A DNA stretch of 64,000 nt, taken from positions 14,040 to 78,039 of the forward strand of contig JAXDLN010000012.1 in NCBI GenBank assembly GCA_034666565.1. The letters are read 5' to 3'. The DNA comes from Chloroflexota bacterium. Its GTDB lineage: Bacteria > Chloroflexota > Dormibacteria > CF-121. Under the pieces are notes generated by a model. It saw only the letters and a program-made list of their open reading frames with translations, ran no database searches and had not been told where the DNA came from. The position numbers were made by a program, and so were the translations under genes. This document shows positions 9,593 to 19,268 of the stretch, in pieces. Within the stretch, counting starts at the first letter, position 1, and each line of letters begins with the position of its first letter.

Positions 9593-10641
9593 CCAGTCGC
9601 GCGAAGCGGCGCGACGAAGAGTCGGCGGACCGCTTCGATGGCATAGTCGACGTCGTCCGCCGTCACGCCCCGATGGGTAACCATCCGCCAGCGATACAGC
9701 GAGGCCTGGTCGAGCAGGACGCCCGCCTCGCGACAGCGCTCGATGAACCGCGCCGCTGTCAGCGGGGGCTGGCCATCGCCGAACACCATGTTGGTCTCGA
9801 CCCGGGCCAGATCGATCGCGATCCCGGGCAGCCCCTGCAGACCTTCGGCGAGCCGGCGGGCATTGCGGTGGTCCTCGGCGAGCCGGTCGACCATCTCGTC
9901 CAGGGCGCACAGCCCGGCCGCCGCCAGCACTCCCGCCTGGCGCATCCCGCCGCCGAGCATCTTGCGCATGCGGCGCGAGCGCTCGATGAAATCCTTCGAT
10001 CCGGCGAGCATGGAGCCGACCGGCGCGCTGAGGCCTTTCGAGAGGCAGAACATCACCGAGTCCACCGGTCCCGTGAGCTGGCGCACGTCGACGCCCAGGG
10101 CGATGGCGGCATTGAAGACCCGCGCGCCATCGAGGTGCACCGCGAAGCCCGCGTCGTGCGCCACGTCACACAACGCTTGTGTTTGCGCGACACTGAGGCA
10201 GGTCCCGCCGCGGCGGTTGTGTGTGTTCTCCAGGCAAAGCAGGCCGGTGGGCGGCTGATGGATGTCCGGATCGCGGATCGCCGCGCGGACCTGGTCCGGC
10301 TGAAGCCGTCCGTCGGCTGTCTCGAGCGGACGAAGCTGCAGCCCGCCGACGACCGAAGCGCCCGCGACTTCCGAATGGAAGATATGACTCTCGCCCTCGA
10401 CCAGCACCTCCTCGCCCGGCTGGGTATGGCTGAGCAGCGCGCAGAGGTTTCCCATCGTCCCGCTTGGGACGAAGAGCGAAGCGTCCTTGCCGACCATCTC
10501 GGCGGCACGTTGCTGCAGCCGGTGAATGGTGGGGTCTTCGTCCCAGACATCGTCGCCGACTTCGGCGGCGGCCATCGCCCGGCGCATCGACTCCGTCGGC
10601 AGCGTAAAGGTATCGCTTCGCAACTCGACGATCCGCTGCAT
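9589..10641 (-). CDS. ltaE: Low-specificity L-threonine aldolase
   Basis: ELRSDT, VGDDV..EDP, SGTMGN, HLDGAR, CLSKGLSAPVGS, GGGMRQAG. Confidence 0.93.
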   Translation of the reverse strand: MQRIVELRSDTFTLPTESMRRAMAAAEVGDDVWDEDPTIHRLQQRAAEMVGKDASLFVPSGTMGNLCALLSHTQPGEEVLVEGESHIFHSEVAGASVVGGLQLRPLETADGRLQPDQVRAAIRDPDIHQPPTGLLCLENTHNRRGGTCLSVAQTQALCDVAHDAGFAVHLDGARVFNAAIALGVDVRQLTGPVDSVMFCLSKGLSAPVGSMLAGSKDFIERSRRMRKMLGGGMRQAGVLAAAGLCALDEMVDRLAEDHRNARRLAEGLQGLPGIAIDLARVETNMVFGDGQPPLTAARFIERCREAGVLLDQASLYRWRMVTHRGVTADDVDYAIEAVRRLFVAPLRATG

Positions 10642-10667
10642 CAGCAAAGTCTAAGCAACCTCCGTCG

Positions 10668-10703
10668 CCCTCCCCCGCTTGCGGGGGAGCTTGGGGGTGG
10701 GGG
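10668..10703 (+). repeat. Hairpin + G-tract repeat, copy 3 (intergenic, diverged)
   Basis: CCCTCCCCC-GCTTGC-GGGGGAGCT-TGGGGGTGGGGG. Confidence 0.85.
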
Positions 10704-10704
10704 T

Positions 10705-11388
10705 TTATTTCCCGAGCTGCGCATAAATCAGCGGCCTCGGGGTGACGACCACGGTGATCGCCAGGTCGGTCTTGCGCTGGATGGAGACCTGGACGCGCGT
10801 CTGCAGGCTGCTGGCGGAGAGATCGGCCGCCGGGCCAAGTTGCTCCGCGTCCCCAATCACGAGCAGGTCCAGCGACGTGCCGACTGTGTGGCCGGCGACC
10901 ATGAGGACATTGCCACGGCTCACGACTGGCGTGCTGCCGACGATGCGGTAGCCGTTGACCGAAATCGCCTCCGCGCCGGCGTTGCGGAGATTGTTGAGCG
11001 CGTCTTGCAGCTCGAAGTCCATCACCGCTCCCTCGATCTGGATCTCGAGCCCCGGTCCATGCACCGCAACCGCGCCATTGACCTCGCGCAGCGTGGTCAG
11101 TTCCTTGGACAGCGCCTGGGAATCGGCCCCGCCCGAGGTCAGCGCCTGGTGAAGCTGCGTTTGTTGCTCAGCGAGCGCGGCGCTCTGCTGGAGCAGCAGG
11201 TTGTTGGCACGGTTGAGGTCGTTGATGAGGAGCGCCACACTCGTGTCGTCCTGGGCGGCCAGCGTGCGGGCGACGGCCGCCTGCGACCGAAGCTGCACCA
11301 CGATCAGGAATCCGAGCCCGATCGCGATCAGACTGACCAGGATCAGCCGTTGGCTCCGAGCCGTCAGCTCACCCGACCGGCTGCGCAT
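10705..11388 (-). CDS. DUF881 family membrane protein
   Basis: TM + coiled coil + V.GPGL.I...N.L..AGAEAISVNG.RI. Confidence 0.85.
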   Translation of the reverse strand: MRSRSGELTARSQRLILVSLIAIGLGFLIVVQLRSQAAVARTLAAQDDTSVALLINDLNRANNLLLQQSAALAEQQTQLHQALTSGGADSQALSKELTTLREVNGAVAVHGPGLEIQIEGAVMDFELQDALNNLRNAGAEAISVNGYRIVGSTPVVSRGNVLMVAGHTVGTSLDLLVIGDAEQLGPAADLSASSLQTRVQVSIQRKTDLAITVVVTPRPLIYAQLGK

Positions 11389-12094
11389 ATTTCACCAGGA
11401 ACGTGGCGTCGTAAACGGGAACACTCAGCCGCGTGCTACGCAGCCAGGAAAAGCCCAGCCCGTAAATCCGGTTGCGACTCTTCAGCTCGGCGAGTTGATC
11501 GGGGTTGCCGACGCCATTCGCCAGGGCCGGCGGGTCGCCGAGCGCAATCACGGTATAGGGGGCGCTCAAGCGGCTGGCGTTGTTGACCAGGATGTTGACG
11601 CCGGCATAGTGGAACGCCGTGCTGGGCACGATCCGCTGACCGTTGACCGCGATCGCCTCGGCGCCGCTGGCCCACAGGACATTCACGATGTCTTGCAGGT
11701 CCTGGTAGTGGATCGTCCAGCCGAGCGATTGATCCGCCGGACTGTTCGGATCCGTCCCATCATGCAGCAGGACGGTCAGCCCCGGTCCGTGCAGGGCGGT
11801 AAGTCCTGCGAATGTCTTCTGCTCATCGAGCTGGGCTTTGACTTCCTGGGCGGCGCTCGACCGGCGGGCGCTCTCGTCCTCGCCGGCCTTGACGTCCGCC
11901 TGCAGGGCCTGGACGCGAGTCTTGAGCACCTGGTTCTGGTCCTCCAGCTGGTTGACGCTCTGCCGCAGCGCCTGTTCGCGGGCCAGGCGGTTGGAAGGCG
12001 GCAGCGGCTGGCTTCGGAACTGGGTGGCGGCAAGTCCCGCGACGAGGAAAGTCGCAAGCGAAACGCTTGCCAGGACAGTGATCCGCGGCGTCAA
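11369..12094 (-). CDS. DUF881 family membrane protein
   Basis: AGLTALHGPGLTV...DLQDIVNVLWASGAEAIAVNGQRI. Confidence 0.88.
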   Translation of the reverse strand: MTPRITVLASVSLATFLVAGLAATQFRSQPLPPSNRLAREQALRQSVNQLEDQNQVLKTRVQALQADVKAGEDESARRSSAAQEVKAQLDEQKTFAGLTALHGPGLTVLLHDGTDPNSPADQSLGWTIHYQDLQDIVNVLWASGAEAIAVNGQRIVPSTAFHYAGVNILVNNASRLSAPYTVIALGDPPALANGVGNPDQLAELKSRNRIYGLGFSWLRSTRLSVPVYDATFLVKYAQPVG

Positions 12095-12168
12095 GGTGCC
12101 GTGTAGTGTAATGGGTGCCGAGCGCCCAGTTAGGCCGATTGGCCGGCGTAAGACAGGCAGGAGGAATC

Positions 12169-13464
12169 ATGGCCCAGAAGGTAGAGGCGGTGCCGAGCAG
12201 CGGCTTCGCCGAGGCACTGCCAGAGTCCGCGAACCCGTGGACGATGGCCCAACAGCAATTCGATATTGCGGCCGAGGTGCTCGGCCTGGATCCGAACATG
12301 GCGCGGGTGCTGCGCGAGTGTAAGCGCGAGCTGATCGTGACCTTTCCGGTGCTGATGGACGACCACACGGTCCAGATGTTCACCGGCTACCGCATTCACC
12401 ACAACATCGACCGCGGTCCTGCCAAGGGCGGCATCCGCTATCACCCCGGCGTCACCCGCGACGAAGTCAAAGCGTTGGCCATGTGGATGACGTGGAAGTG
12501 CGCGGTCGTCGGGATTCCCTATGGCGGAGCCAAGGGCGGCGTGGTCGTCGACCCCAAGCTGCTCAGCCGCAACGAGCTCGAAAACCTGACACGGCGCTTC
12601 ACGAGCGAGATCAGCATCGTGATCGGTCCCGACCGCGATATCCCTGCTCCGGACGTCAACACCAATGCCCAGATCATGGCCTGGATGATGGACACCATCA
12701 GCATGCAGGCCGGCCATTCCGTGCCGGCGGTGGTGACCGGCAAACCGCTGGGCATCGGCGGATCGGAAGGCCGGCCGGAAGCTACCGGCCGCGGCTGCAT
12801 GCTCACTACGCTGGCGGCGCTGAAGCACCTGGGGATCCGCCCCCAGGATGCGACCGTCGCCGTCCAGGGCGTTGGCAACGTGGGTTACACCACCGCGAAG
12901 CTGCTGGCGCAGGCCGGCTGCAAGGTGATCGCGGTCAGCGACTCGAACGGCGCGTGCTTCAACGAGGACGGGATCGAGCTCGACGAGGTCGTGCGCGAGA
13001 AAGAGCTCACCGGCCGCCTGCGGCAGAAGATCTGCACCTTCATCAGCAACGAGGAATTGCTCGAGCTGCCGGTCACCGTGCTGGTTCCGGCGGCGCTTGA
13101 GAATCAAATCCACCGGGGCAACGCCAACCGGATCAAGGCCAAGGTCATTTGCGAAGGCGCCAACGGGCCGACGTCGCCGGAAGCGGACGAGATCCTCTAT
13201 AAGAAGGGCGTCTTCATCATTCCCGACATCCTGGCCAACGCGGGTGGCGTGACCGTCTCCTATTTCGAGTGGGTCCAGGACCTGCAGGAGTTCTTCTGGG
13301 ACGAGCACGACATCAATCAACGCCTGGAGCGGATCATGCTGCGGGCGTTCGACAGCGTGTTGAAGGTGAGCCTGGAGAAGAAGGTCATGATGCGGACGGC
13401 CGCCTACGTGCTGGCCGTCGACAAGGTCGCGCAGGCGACCACGATCCGCGGCATCTACCCCTGA
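12169..13464 (+). CDS. gdhA: Glu/Leu/Phe/Val dehydrogenase (glutamate dehydrogenase)
   Basis: GPAKGGIRYHP, MTWK, GGAKGG, DIPAPDVNT, GANGPT, NAGGVTVSYFEW; GGAGG RBS. Confidence 0.93.
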   Translation: MAQKVEAVPSSGFAEALPESANPWTMAQQQFDIAAEVLGLDPNMARVLRECKRELIVTFPVLMDDHTVQMFTGYRIHHNIDRGPAKGGIRYHPGVTRDEVKALAMWMTWKCAVVGIPYGGAKGGVVVDPKLLSRNELENLTRRFTSEISIVIGPDRDIPAPDVNTNAQIMAWMMDTISMQAGHSVPAVVTGKPLGIGGSEGRPEATGRGCMLTTLAALKHLGIRPQDATVAVQGVGNVGYTTAKLLAQAGCKVIAVSDSNGACFNEDGIELDEVVREKELTGRLRQKICTFISNEELLELPVTVLVPAALENQIHRGNANRIKAKVICEGANGPTSPEADEILYKKGVFIIPDILANAGGVTVSYFEWVQDLQEFFWDEHDINQRLERIMLRAFDSVLKVSLEKKVMMRTAAYVLAVDKVAQATTIRGIYP

Positions 13465-14096
13465 TCAGAGACTACGAGGCCTGGCACCGCCAGTACGACG
13501 ATCCGACCAGTACGCTGGCGCAGCGGCTCGCCATCGTGCAGCGCCGCCTCGCCGAGCGTCTTTCGGCCGCGCCGTCGGGCGCGGTACGGCTGATCAGCAT
13601 GTGTGCGGGCCAGGGTCGCGACCTGTTTGGCGTCCTACCCAGCCACCCGCGGCGTGGCGATGTGACAGCCGTTCTCGTGGAGCTCGACCACCGCAACGTT
13701 GACGTGGCGCGAGCGACCGCGGCCCGCACCGGCTTGAGCCAGGTCGAGGTGGTCGAAGGCGACGCGGCGCTCAGTGACATCTATGCGCCTTTCCTGCCAG
13801 CGGACATCGTGCTGGCCTGCGGGATCTTCGGCAATATCTCGGACCAGGACCTCGAGCGCACGGCGCGCAACATCTCGATGCTCTGCCGGATCGGAGCGGC
13901 GGTCATCTGGACCCGGCATCGCAACGAGCCGGACCTGACGCCCCGGATTCGGAGCTGGTTCGCCGAGATCGGCTTCGAGGAACTGAGCTTCGACGCGATC
14001 GACAATGAATCGAAATCCGGGATCGGCACGGTTCGCCTCATGGGCGCGCCGCCGCCATTCCAGTCCGATTTCCGCTTCTTTACATTCACTCGATGA
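13461..14096 (+). CDS. Class I SAM-dependent methyltransferase
   Basis: ISMCAGQGRD, VLVELD and VEGDA motifs. No ATG/GTG at the apparent N-terminus; a CTG overlapping the gdhA TGA is inferred. Confidence 0.75.
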   Translation: MIRDYEAWHRQYDDPTSTLAQRLAIVQRRLAERLSAAPSGAVRLISMCAGQGRDLFGVLPSHPRRGDVTAVLVELDHRNVDVARATAARTGLSQVEVVEGDAALSDIYAPFLPADIVLACGIFGNISDQDLERTARNISMLCRIGAAVIWTRHRNEPDLTPRIRSWFAEIGFEELSFDAIDNESKSGIGTVRLMGAPPPFQSDFRFFTFTR

Positions 14097-14613
14097 GATC
14101 CCCTCCCCCTCTGGGGGAGGGCAGGCTGGGGGCCTTGAGATCCGCCACTTTCCCGCCAGTAATGCGCACCAGTTCCTGGGGCGCGATGGGAAAGACGTGC
14201 CGTGGGGTCCCGGCCGCAGCCCACACGACGTCGTATTGAAGGAGATCGCGATCGATGAAGGTCGGGATCGGCGCCGGGAAGCCGATGGGTGGCACACCAC
14301 CGATCGAGTAACTGGTTGCCTGGCGGACCGCGTCGGCATCCGCCTTGCCGATGGTGGCGCCGGTGAGCGCACCGAGGCATTGCGTATCGAGCCGGTTGAT
14401 GCCGGAAACGAGCGCAATCACGGGGGCGGCCCCGGCCAGGAAGACGAGCGACTTCACGATCTGACCGACACTCGTCCCCACCGTGGCCGCCGCCTCCTGC
14501 GCGGTCCGCGTCGACGACGGAAATTCCTCGATCCGGGTGTCGACGCCGGCGGCGGCTAACGCGGCCTGGACGCGAGCTGGCGCCGAGATTTGTTGTTCCA
14601 TTTCGAAGGCCAT
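14086..14613 (-). CDS. YbaK/EbsC aminoacyl-tRNA deacylase family protein
   Basis: TRTAQEAA, QIVKSLVF, IGGVPP, VWAAAGT. Confidence 0.9.
   Translation of the reverse strand: MAFEMEQQISAPARVQAALAAAGVDTRIEEFPSSTRTAQEAAATVGTSVGQIVKSLVFLAGAAPVIALVSGINRLDTQCLGALTGATIGKADADAVRQATSYSIGGVPPIGFPAPIPTFIDRDLLQYDVVWAAAGTPRHVFPIAPQELVRITGGKVADLKAPSLPSPRGGGDLIE
14101..14132 (+). repeat. Hairpin + G-tract repeat, copy 4 (in YbaK C-terminus, read antisense)
   Basis: CCCTCCCCC-TCT-GGGGGAGGG-CAGGCTGGGGG. Confidence 0.92.
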
Positions 14614-14694
14614 CCGTTATAATCCCCGAAAACCAGCTCGTTCTGAGGTACACGCATACCCTTTGAGCTCGACACGGCACCGGAGGCGACCTCG

Positions 14695-15900
14695 ATGAGT
14701 GTGCGTGCGCCCCTGAAGCCCTCGCCGTTTGAGACCGCCGAGACCTTCGAACTCGGGCGCTTCAAGCGAGCCCGCCGCGCCTATGGCTTCGATGAGGTCG
14801 CGCTGGTGCCTGGCCGCGTGACCATCAACCCGGAAGAAGTCGACAGCTCGTTCGAGCTGGGCTCGCTGCGCCTGGACGTGCCGATCCTGGCGGCGGCCAT
14901 GGACGGCGTCGTCGATGTCCGTTTCGCCATCGAGATGGGTCGACTGGGAGGGATGGCGGTCCTCAACCTCGACGGGCTGCAGACCCGATACGCGGACGCG
15001 ACCAGCATTCTGCGCGAGATCGCCGAGGCCCCGCGCGAGCGGATCAATGCCCTGCTGCAAAAGGTCTACCAGGCGCCGGTCCGAGAACAGCTGATCGGGG
15101 AGCGGATCACCGCGGTCAAGCGGGCCCGGGTCCCGGTCGGCGTCTCGACGGTCCCGGCCCAGGCCCGGCGGAGAGCCGGGGTCGTGCAGGAGGCCGGTGC
15201 CGACTGCTACGTGGTGCAAGGCACGGTGCTCACGGCGCGGCATATTTCGCGCTCCTACGAGCAGCTCTCCTTCGAGAAACTGTGCGCCGAGCTGTCGATC
15301 CCCGTCGTAGCCGGCAACTGCGTGGAGTACGAGACGGCACTCGAGCTGATGCAAAGCGGGATCGCCGGCATCCTGGTCGGCGTCGGACCGGGTGCGGCGT
15401 GCACGACGCGAGGCGTGCTTGGCGTCGGCGTGCCCCAGGTCACGGCGACCAGCGACGTCGCTGCCGCGCGAGAGACGTACTTGAGCGAAACCGGCCGTCG
15501 CGTCCAGGTCATCACCGACGGCGGGATGCGAGTCGGCGGGGACATCGCCAAGGCTTTCGCCTCTGGGGCCGATGCTGTCATGGTTGGCTCGATCTTCGCG
15601 GGCACGATGGATGCCGCCGGCGGCGGATACCACTGGGGGATGGCGACCCCCGACCCGAACCTGCCGCGCGGGACACGGATCAAAGTTGGCCAGCGCGGCA
15701 CGTTGCGCGAAGTCCTGCTGGGCCCGGCCCGCGTCGACGACGGCACCCAGAACCTGGTCGGCGCCTTGCGCTCGGCGATGGGGGTCTGCGGCGCCCGGAC
15801 GCTGCGCGACTTCCAGCTGACGGAGCTGGTGATCGCGCCGGCGATCCAGAGCGAGGGGAAGCTCTTCCAGCAAGCCCAGCAAGTGGGCATGGGAACCTAG
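14695..15900 (+). CDS. guaB: IMP dehydrogenase, GuaB3-type (no CBS domains)
   Basis: [32 protein letters not shown] (catalytic Cys), TDGG, HWGMAT. Confidence 0.9.
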   Translation: MSVRAPLKPSPFETAETFELGRFKRARRAYGFDEVALVPGRVTINPEEVDSSFELGSLRLDVPILAAAMDGVVDVRFAIEMGRLGGMAVLNLDGLQTRYADATSILREIAEAPRERINALLQKVYQAPVREQLIGERITAVKRARVPVGVSTVPAQARRRAGVVQEAGADCYVVQGTVLTARHISRSYEQLSFEKLCAELSIPVVAGNCVEYETALELMQSGIAGILVGVGPGAACTTRGVLGVGVPQVTATSDVAAARETYLSETGRRVQVITDGGMRVGGDIAKAFASGADAVMVGSIFAGTMDAAGGGYHWGMATPDPNLPRGTRIKVGQRGTLREVLLGPARVDDGTQNLVGALRSAMGVCGARTLRDFQLTELVIAPAIQSEGKLFQQAQQVGMGT

Positions 15901-15931
15901 CGGTCGCCCGAGCGTCGACCCTGGAAAAATA

Positions 15932-15963
15932 CCCTCCCCCTTTGGGGGAGGGTAGGGTGGGGG
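15932..15963 (+). repeat. Hairpin + G-tract repeat, copy 5 (overlaps guaA start)
   Basis: CCCTCCCCC-TTT-GGGGGAGGG-TAGGGTGGGGG. Confidence 0.92.
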
Positions 15964-17498
15964 CTCAGGAACTGGTGCTTGTCCTGGACTTCGGTTCGCA
16001 GTACAGCCAGCTGATTGCACGGCGCGTCCGAGAGGCCGGCGTTTACTGCGAGCTGATCCCGGGGACCACACCCTGGGATGCGATCCGTGATCGCAATCCC
16101 AGCGCGCTGATCCTCTCGGGCGGCCCGTCCAGCGTCTACGAGGAGGGTGCGCCGCGCTGCGATCCGGCGGCGCTCAATGCCGGTGTGCCCGTGCTGGGAA
16201 TCTGCTACGGCATGCAGCTGCTGGCCTATCAGCTTGGCGGCAAGGTCGCGCCCGCCGGGAAACGGGAGTACGGACCGGCAAGCGTCCAGGTTGCGGATCC
16301 GGCCGGCCTCTTTCTCGACCTGCCGGCGCGATTGCCGGTCTGGATGAGCCACGGGGATACCATCCTCGAGGCGCCGGCGGGGTTTCGCCGGCTGGCGGAG
16401 TCTGAGAACTCGACGATCGCCGCCATGGCCGACGACAGCGGTCGCTTCGGCATCGCCTTTCATCCCGAGGTCATTCACACTCCGCAGGGTCGGGAGATTC
16501 TGCGCAACTTTCTCTACCAGGTCGCGGGTTGCCGCGGCACCTGGAAGCCCGCCGCGTTCATCGAGCAGGCGACCGAAGCCATCCGGACGCAGGTGGGCGA
16601 CGGCCGGGTTCTGTGCGCCCTGTCGGGCGGCGTCGATTCCGCCGTTTGCGCGACGCTCGTCCATCGCGCCATTCCCGGACAGCTGACCTGCCTGATGGTC
16701 GACAACGGCCTGCTCCGTCGCGACGAACGGCGTCGCGTCGAGGAGGTGATGCAGCGTCACCTCGGTATCGAGCTCAAGGCGGTCGATGCCAGCGGGGAAT
16801 TCCTGGCTGCCCTGCAAGGCATCATCGATCCCGAAGAAAAGCGTAGGCGGATCGGCGCCACCTTTATCAAGGTCTTCGAGGCCGAAGCGGCCGCGCTCAC
16901 CGGCGTCGATTTCCTGGCGCAGGGGACGCTCTATCCCGATGTCATCGAGTCCACCAGTCACGACACCCACAACGCCCACCGGATCAAGACGCACCACAAT
17001 GTTGGCGGTCTGCCCGCCGACCTGCGGTTCAAGCTCGTCGAGCCCCTTCGTTATCTCTTCAAGGACGAAGTCCGCGCGATCGGTACGGCGCTGGGGCTGC
17101 CCGATGACATGGTGCACCGCCAGCCCTTCCCCGGCCCCGGACTCGCGGTTCGCATCATCGGCGAGGTAACCCGCGAGCGCCTGGAGACGCTGCGGGCGGC
17201 GGACTGGATCGTGGTCGATGAAATCAAGGCGGCCGGGCTCTATCGATCGCTCTGGCAGTCTTTCGCCATCCTGACGCCACTGCAGAGCGTCGGCGTGATG
17301 GGCGACTATCGCACCTACGGCAACGTGGTTGCCGTCCGCGCCGTCCAGAGCGAGGACGGGATGACGGCCGACTGGGCACGCCTGCCCTACGACGTGCTGG
17401 CCAAGATCTCCACGCGGATCGTCAACGAAGTCCCCGGCGTGAACCGCGTCGTCTACGACATCTCCTCGAAGCCGCCCTCGACTATCGAGTGGGAATGA
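15957..17498 (+). CDS. guaA: GMP synthase (glutamine-hydrolyzing)
   Basis: [44 protein letters not shown]. The GTG start is inferred. Confidence 0.95.
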   Translation: MGAQELVLVLDFGSQYSQLIARRVREAGVYCELIPGTTPWDAIRDRNPSALILSGGPSSVYEEGAPRCDPAALNAGVPVLGICYGMQLLAYQLGGKVAPAGKREYGPASVQVADPAGLFLDLPARLPVWMSHGDTILEAPAGFRRLAESENSTIAAMADDSGRFGIAFHPEVIHTPQGREILRNFLYQVAGCRGTWKPAAFIEQATEAIRTQVGDGRVLCALSGGVDSAVCATLVHRAIPGQLTCLMVDNGLLRRDERRRVEEVMQRHLGIELKAVDASGEFLAALQGIIDPEEKRRRIGATFIKVFEAEAAALTGVDFLAQGTLYPDVIESTSHDTHNAHRIKTHHNVGGLPADLRFKLVEPLRYLFKDEVRAIGTALGLPDDMVHRQPFPGPGLAVRIIGEVTRERLETLRAADWIVVDEIKAAGLYRSLWQSFAILTPLQSVGVMGDYRTYGNVVAVRAVQSEDGMTADWARLPYDVLAKISTRIVNEVPGVNRVVYDISSKPPSTIEWE

Positions 17499-18772
17499 AT
17501 GTCCTGGTCGTCGGCGCCGGCGCGCGCGAGCACGCGCTCACCTGGAAGGCGCTGCAGAGCCCGTTGACGGATGCCGTCTACTGCGCGCCGGGCAACGCCG
17601 CCACGGCGGCGATCGCCATCAACACCGGACTGCAGGCAACCGATGTCGATGGGATCGCCAGTTTTGTCGCGGAGCGCGACATCGCGTTGACGGTGATCGG
17701 GCCGGAAGCCGCGGTTGACGCCGGCCTCGCCGACCGCCTGGCCCAGTCCGGGCGCTTGGTCTTCGGCCCGACCCGGGCGGCGGGCCGGATCGAGAGCAGC
17801 AAGGCCTTTGCGAAGTCGCTGATGGAGAGGGCGGGGGTCCGCACGCCGGCCTACCGCGTGTTCGACGATCCGGCGAGCGCCAAAGATTTCGTCCGGGGCG
17901 AGCGGCGTCCCTTCGTCGTCAAGGCGGACGGCCTTGCCAGGGGAAAGGGCACGCTGGTCCCGCGTGACGTCGACGAGACGCTCGAGTGCATCGATACCCT
18001 GATGCTGCGCAAAACCGTCGGCGCGGCCGCCGACCGGATCGTGCTCGAAGAGAAGATCGATGGTCGTGAGGTTTCCCTGATGGCGCTGGTCGACGGCGAG
18101 CGCGTGGTGCCTCTCCCGCCGGCGTGCGACTACAAGCGCGCGGCCGATGACGACAGAGGCCCCAACACGGGTGGCATGGGTGGGTACTCGCCGGTCTCGT
18201 TCTTCGATGACGACGACGTCGCTCGTACCGTCGACAGCGTGCTGCGGCCGGTCGCGCGGGTCTTGCGTGAGGACGGGACGCCCTATCGCGGCTGCCTCTA
18301 CGCGGGGCTGATGGTCACCCCGTCGGGCGTGCAGGTGCTCGAGTTCAATGCTCGTTTCGGTGACCCGGAGGCGCAGGTAGTGCTTCCGCGGCTGGCGGAC
18401 GATCTCGTTCCGCTCCTCGAGGCGACGGCCCGCGGTGACCTGGGCGGTGTCACGCCGTCATGGTCAGCGTCCGCGAGCGTCGGTGTCGTCCTCGCCTCGC
18501 ACGGCTACCCGGGCACCTATCAGACCGGCTTCCCGATCGACGGGCTCGGCACGCTCGAGCCCGGGGTCCTGGCCTTCCACGCCGGGACGACCACCGGTGA
18601 GGGCGGCTACCTCACGGACGGCGGCCGCGTGCTGACGCTGGTGGCGCTCGGCGGTTCGATGGCCGAGGCCCGCGAGCGCGCCTATCGCAACGTCGACCGC
18701 GTCACCTTCCAGGGCATGACCTGCCGCCGTGACCTCGCCCTACGGGAGCTGGGGGCGCCCGCTCTGCCATGA
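17495..18772 (+). CDS. purD: Phosphoribosylamine--glycine ligase
   Basis: [41 protein letters not shown]. Confidence 0.96.
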   Translation: MNVLVVGAGAREHALTWKALQSPLTDAVYCAPGNAATAAIAINTGLQATDVDGIASFVAERDIALTVIGPEAAVDAGLADRLAQSGRLVFGPTRAAGRIESSKAFAKSLMERAGVRTPAYRVFDDPASAKDFVRGERRPFVVKADGLARGKGTLVPRDVDETLECIDTLMLRKTVGAAADRIVLEEKIDGREVSLMALVDGERVVPLPPACDYKRAADDDRGPNTGGMGGYSPVSFFDDDDVARTVDSVLRPVARVLREDGTPYRGCLYAGLMVTPSGVQVLEFNARFGDPEAQVVLPRLADDLVPLLEATARGDLGGVTPSWSASASVGVVLASHGYPGTYQTGFPIDGLGTLEPGVLAFHAGTTTGEGGYLTDGGRVLTLVALGGSMAEARERAYRNVDRVTFQGMTCRRDLALRELGAPALP

Positions 18773-19245
18773 GCGACGCACCGCTGGTCGGCATCGTCAT
18801 GGGCAGCGAGTCGGACCGTCCGACGATGCAGCGCTGTTGCGAGGTCCTCGACGCCTACGGCGTTGCCTACGAGGTCGTCATCCGCTCCGCCCACCGGGAT
18901 CCGGAGGGGTGCCGGACGTGGGCGACGGAGGCGGAAGGACGCGGCATGAAGGTGCTGATTGCGGCGGCGGGTGGTGCGGCGCACCTCCCGGGCGTGGTCG
19001 CCGCCTGGAGCGTGCTGCCCGTGATCGGCGTGCCCATGTCGGCCGGTGCGCTCGGTGGGCTGGACGCGCTGCTCTCGATGGCCCAGATGCCGGCCGGCAT
19101 CCCGGTGGCGACGGTCGCCATCGGTGATGCGGGAGCGAGGAACGCCGCGCACCTGGCGATGGCGATCCTGGCCCTCAACGACCCGACCGCCAGAGACAAA
19201 CTGATCAAGCGACGGGAGGCCAACCGGGCTCCTAAGACTTCGTAA
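18769..19245 (+). CDS. purE: N5-CAIR mutase
   Basis: MGSESD, SAHR, AGGAAHLPG, QMPAGIPVATV. Confidence 0.96.
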   Translation: MSDAPLVGIVMGSESDRPTMQRCCEVLDAYGVAYEVVIRSAHRDPEGCRTWATEAEGRGMKVLIAAAGGAAHLPGVVAAWSVLPVIGVPMSAGALGGLDALLSMAQMPAGIPVATVAIGDAGARNAAHLAMAILALNDPTARDKLIKRREANRAPKTS

Positions 19246-19268
19246 AACCCGGGCATACAATTAGCGCC

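Noticed and set aside
14615-14694. Purine riboswitch upstream of guaB
   Set aside because: TATAATC is better explained as a -10 box, and the conserved TTTCTACC and CCGTAAA core is absent. Only a weak hairpin is present.
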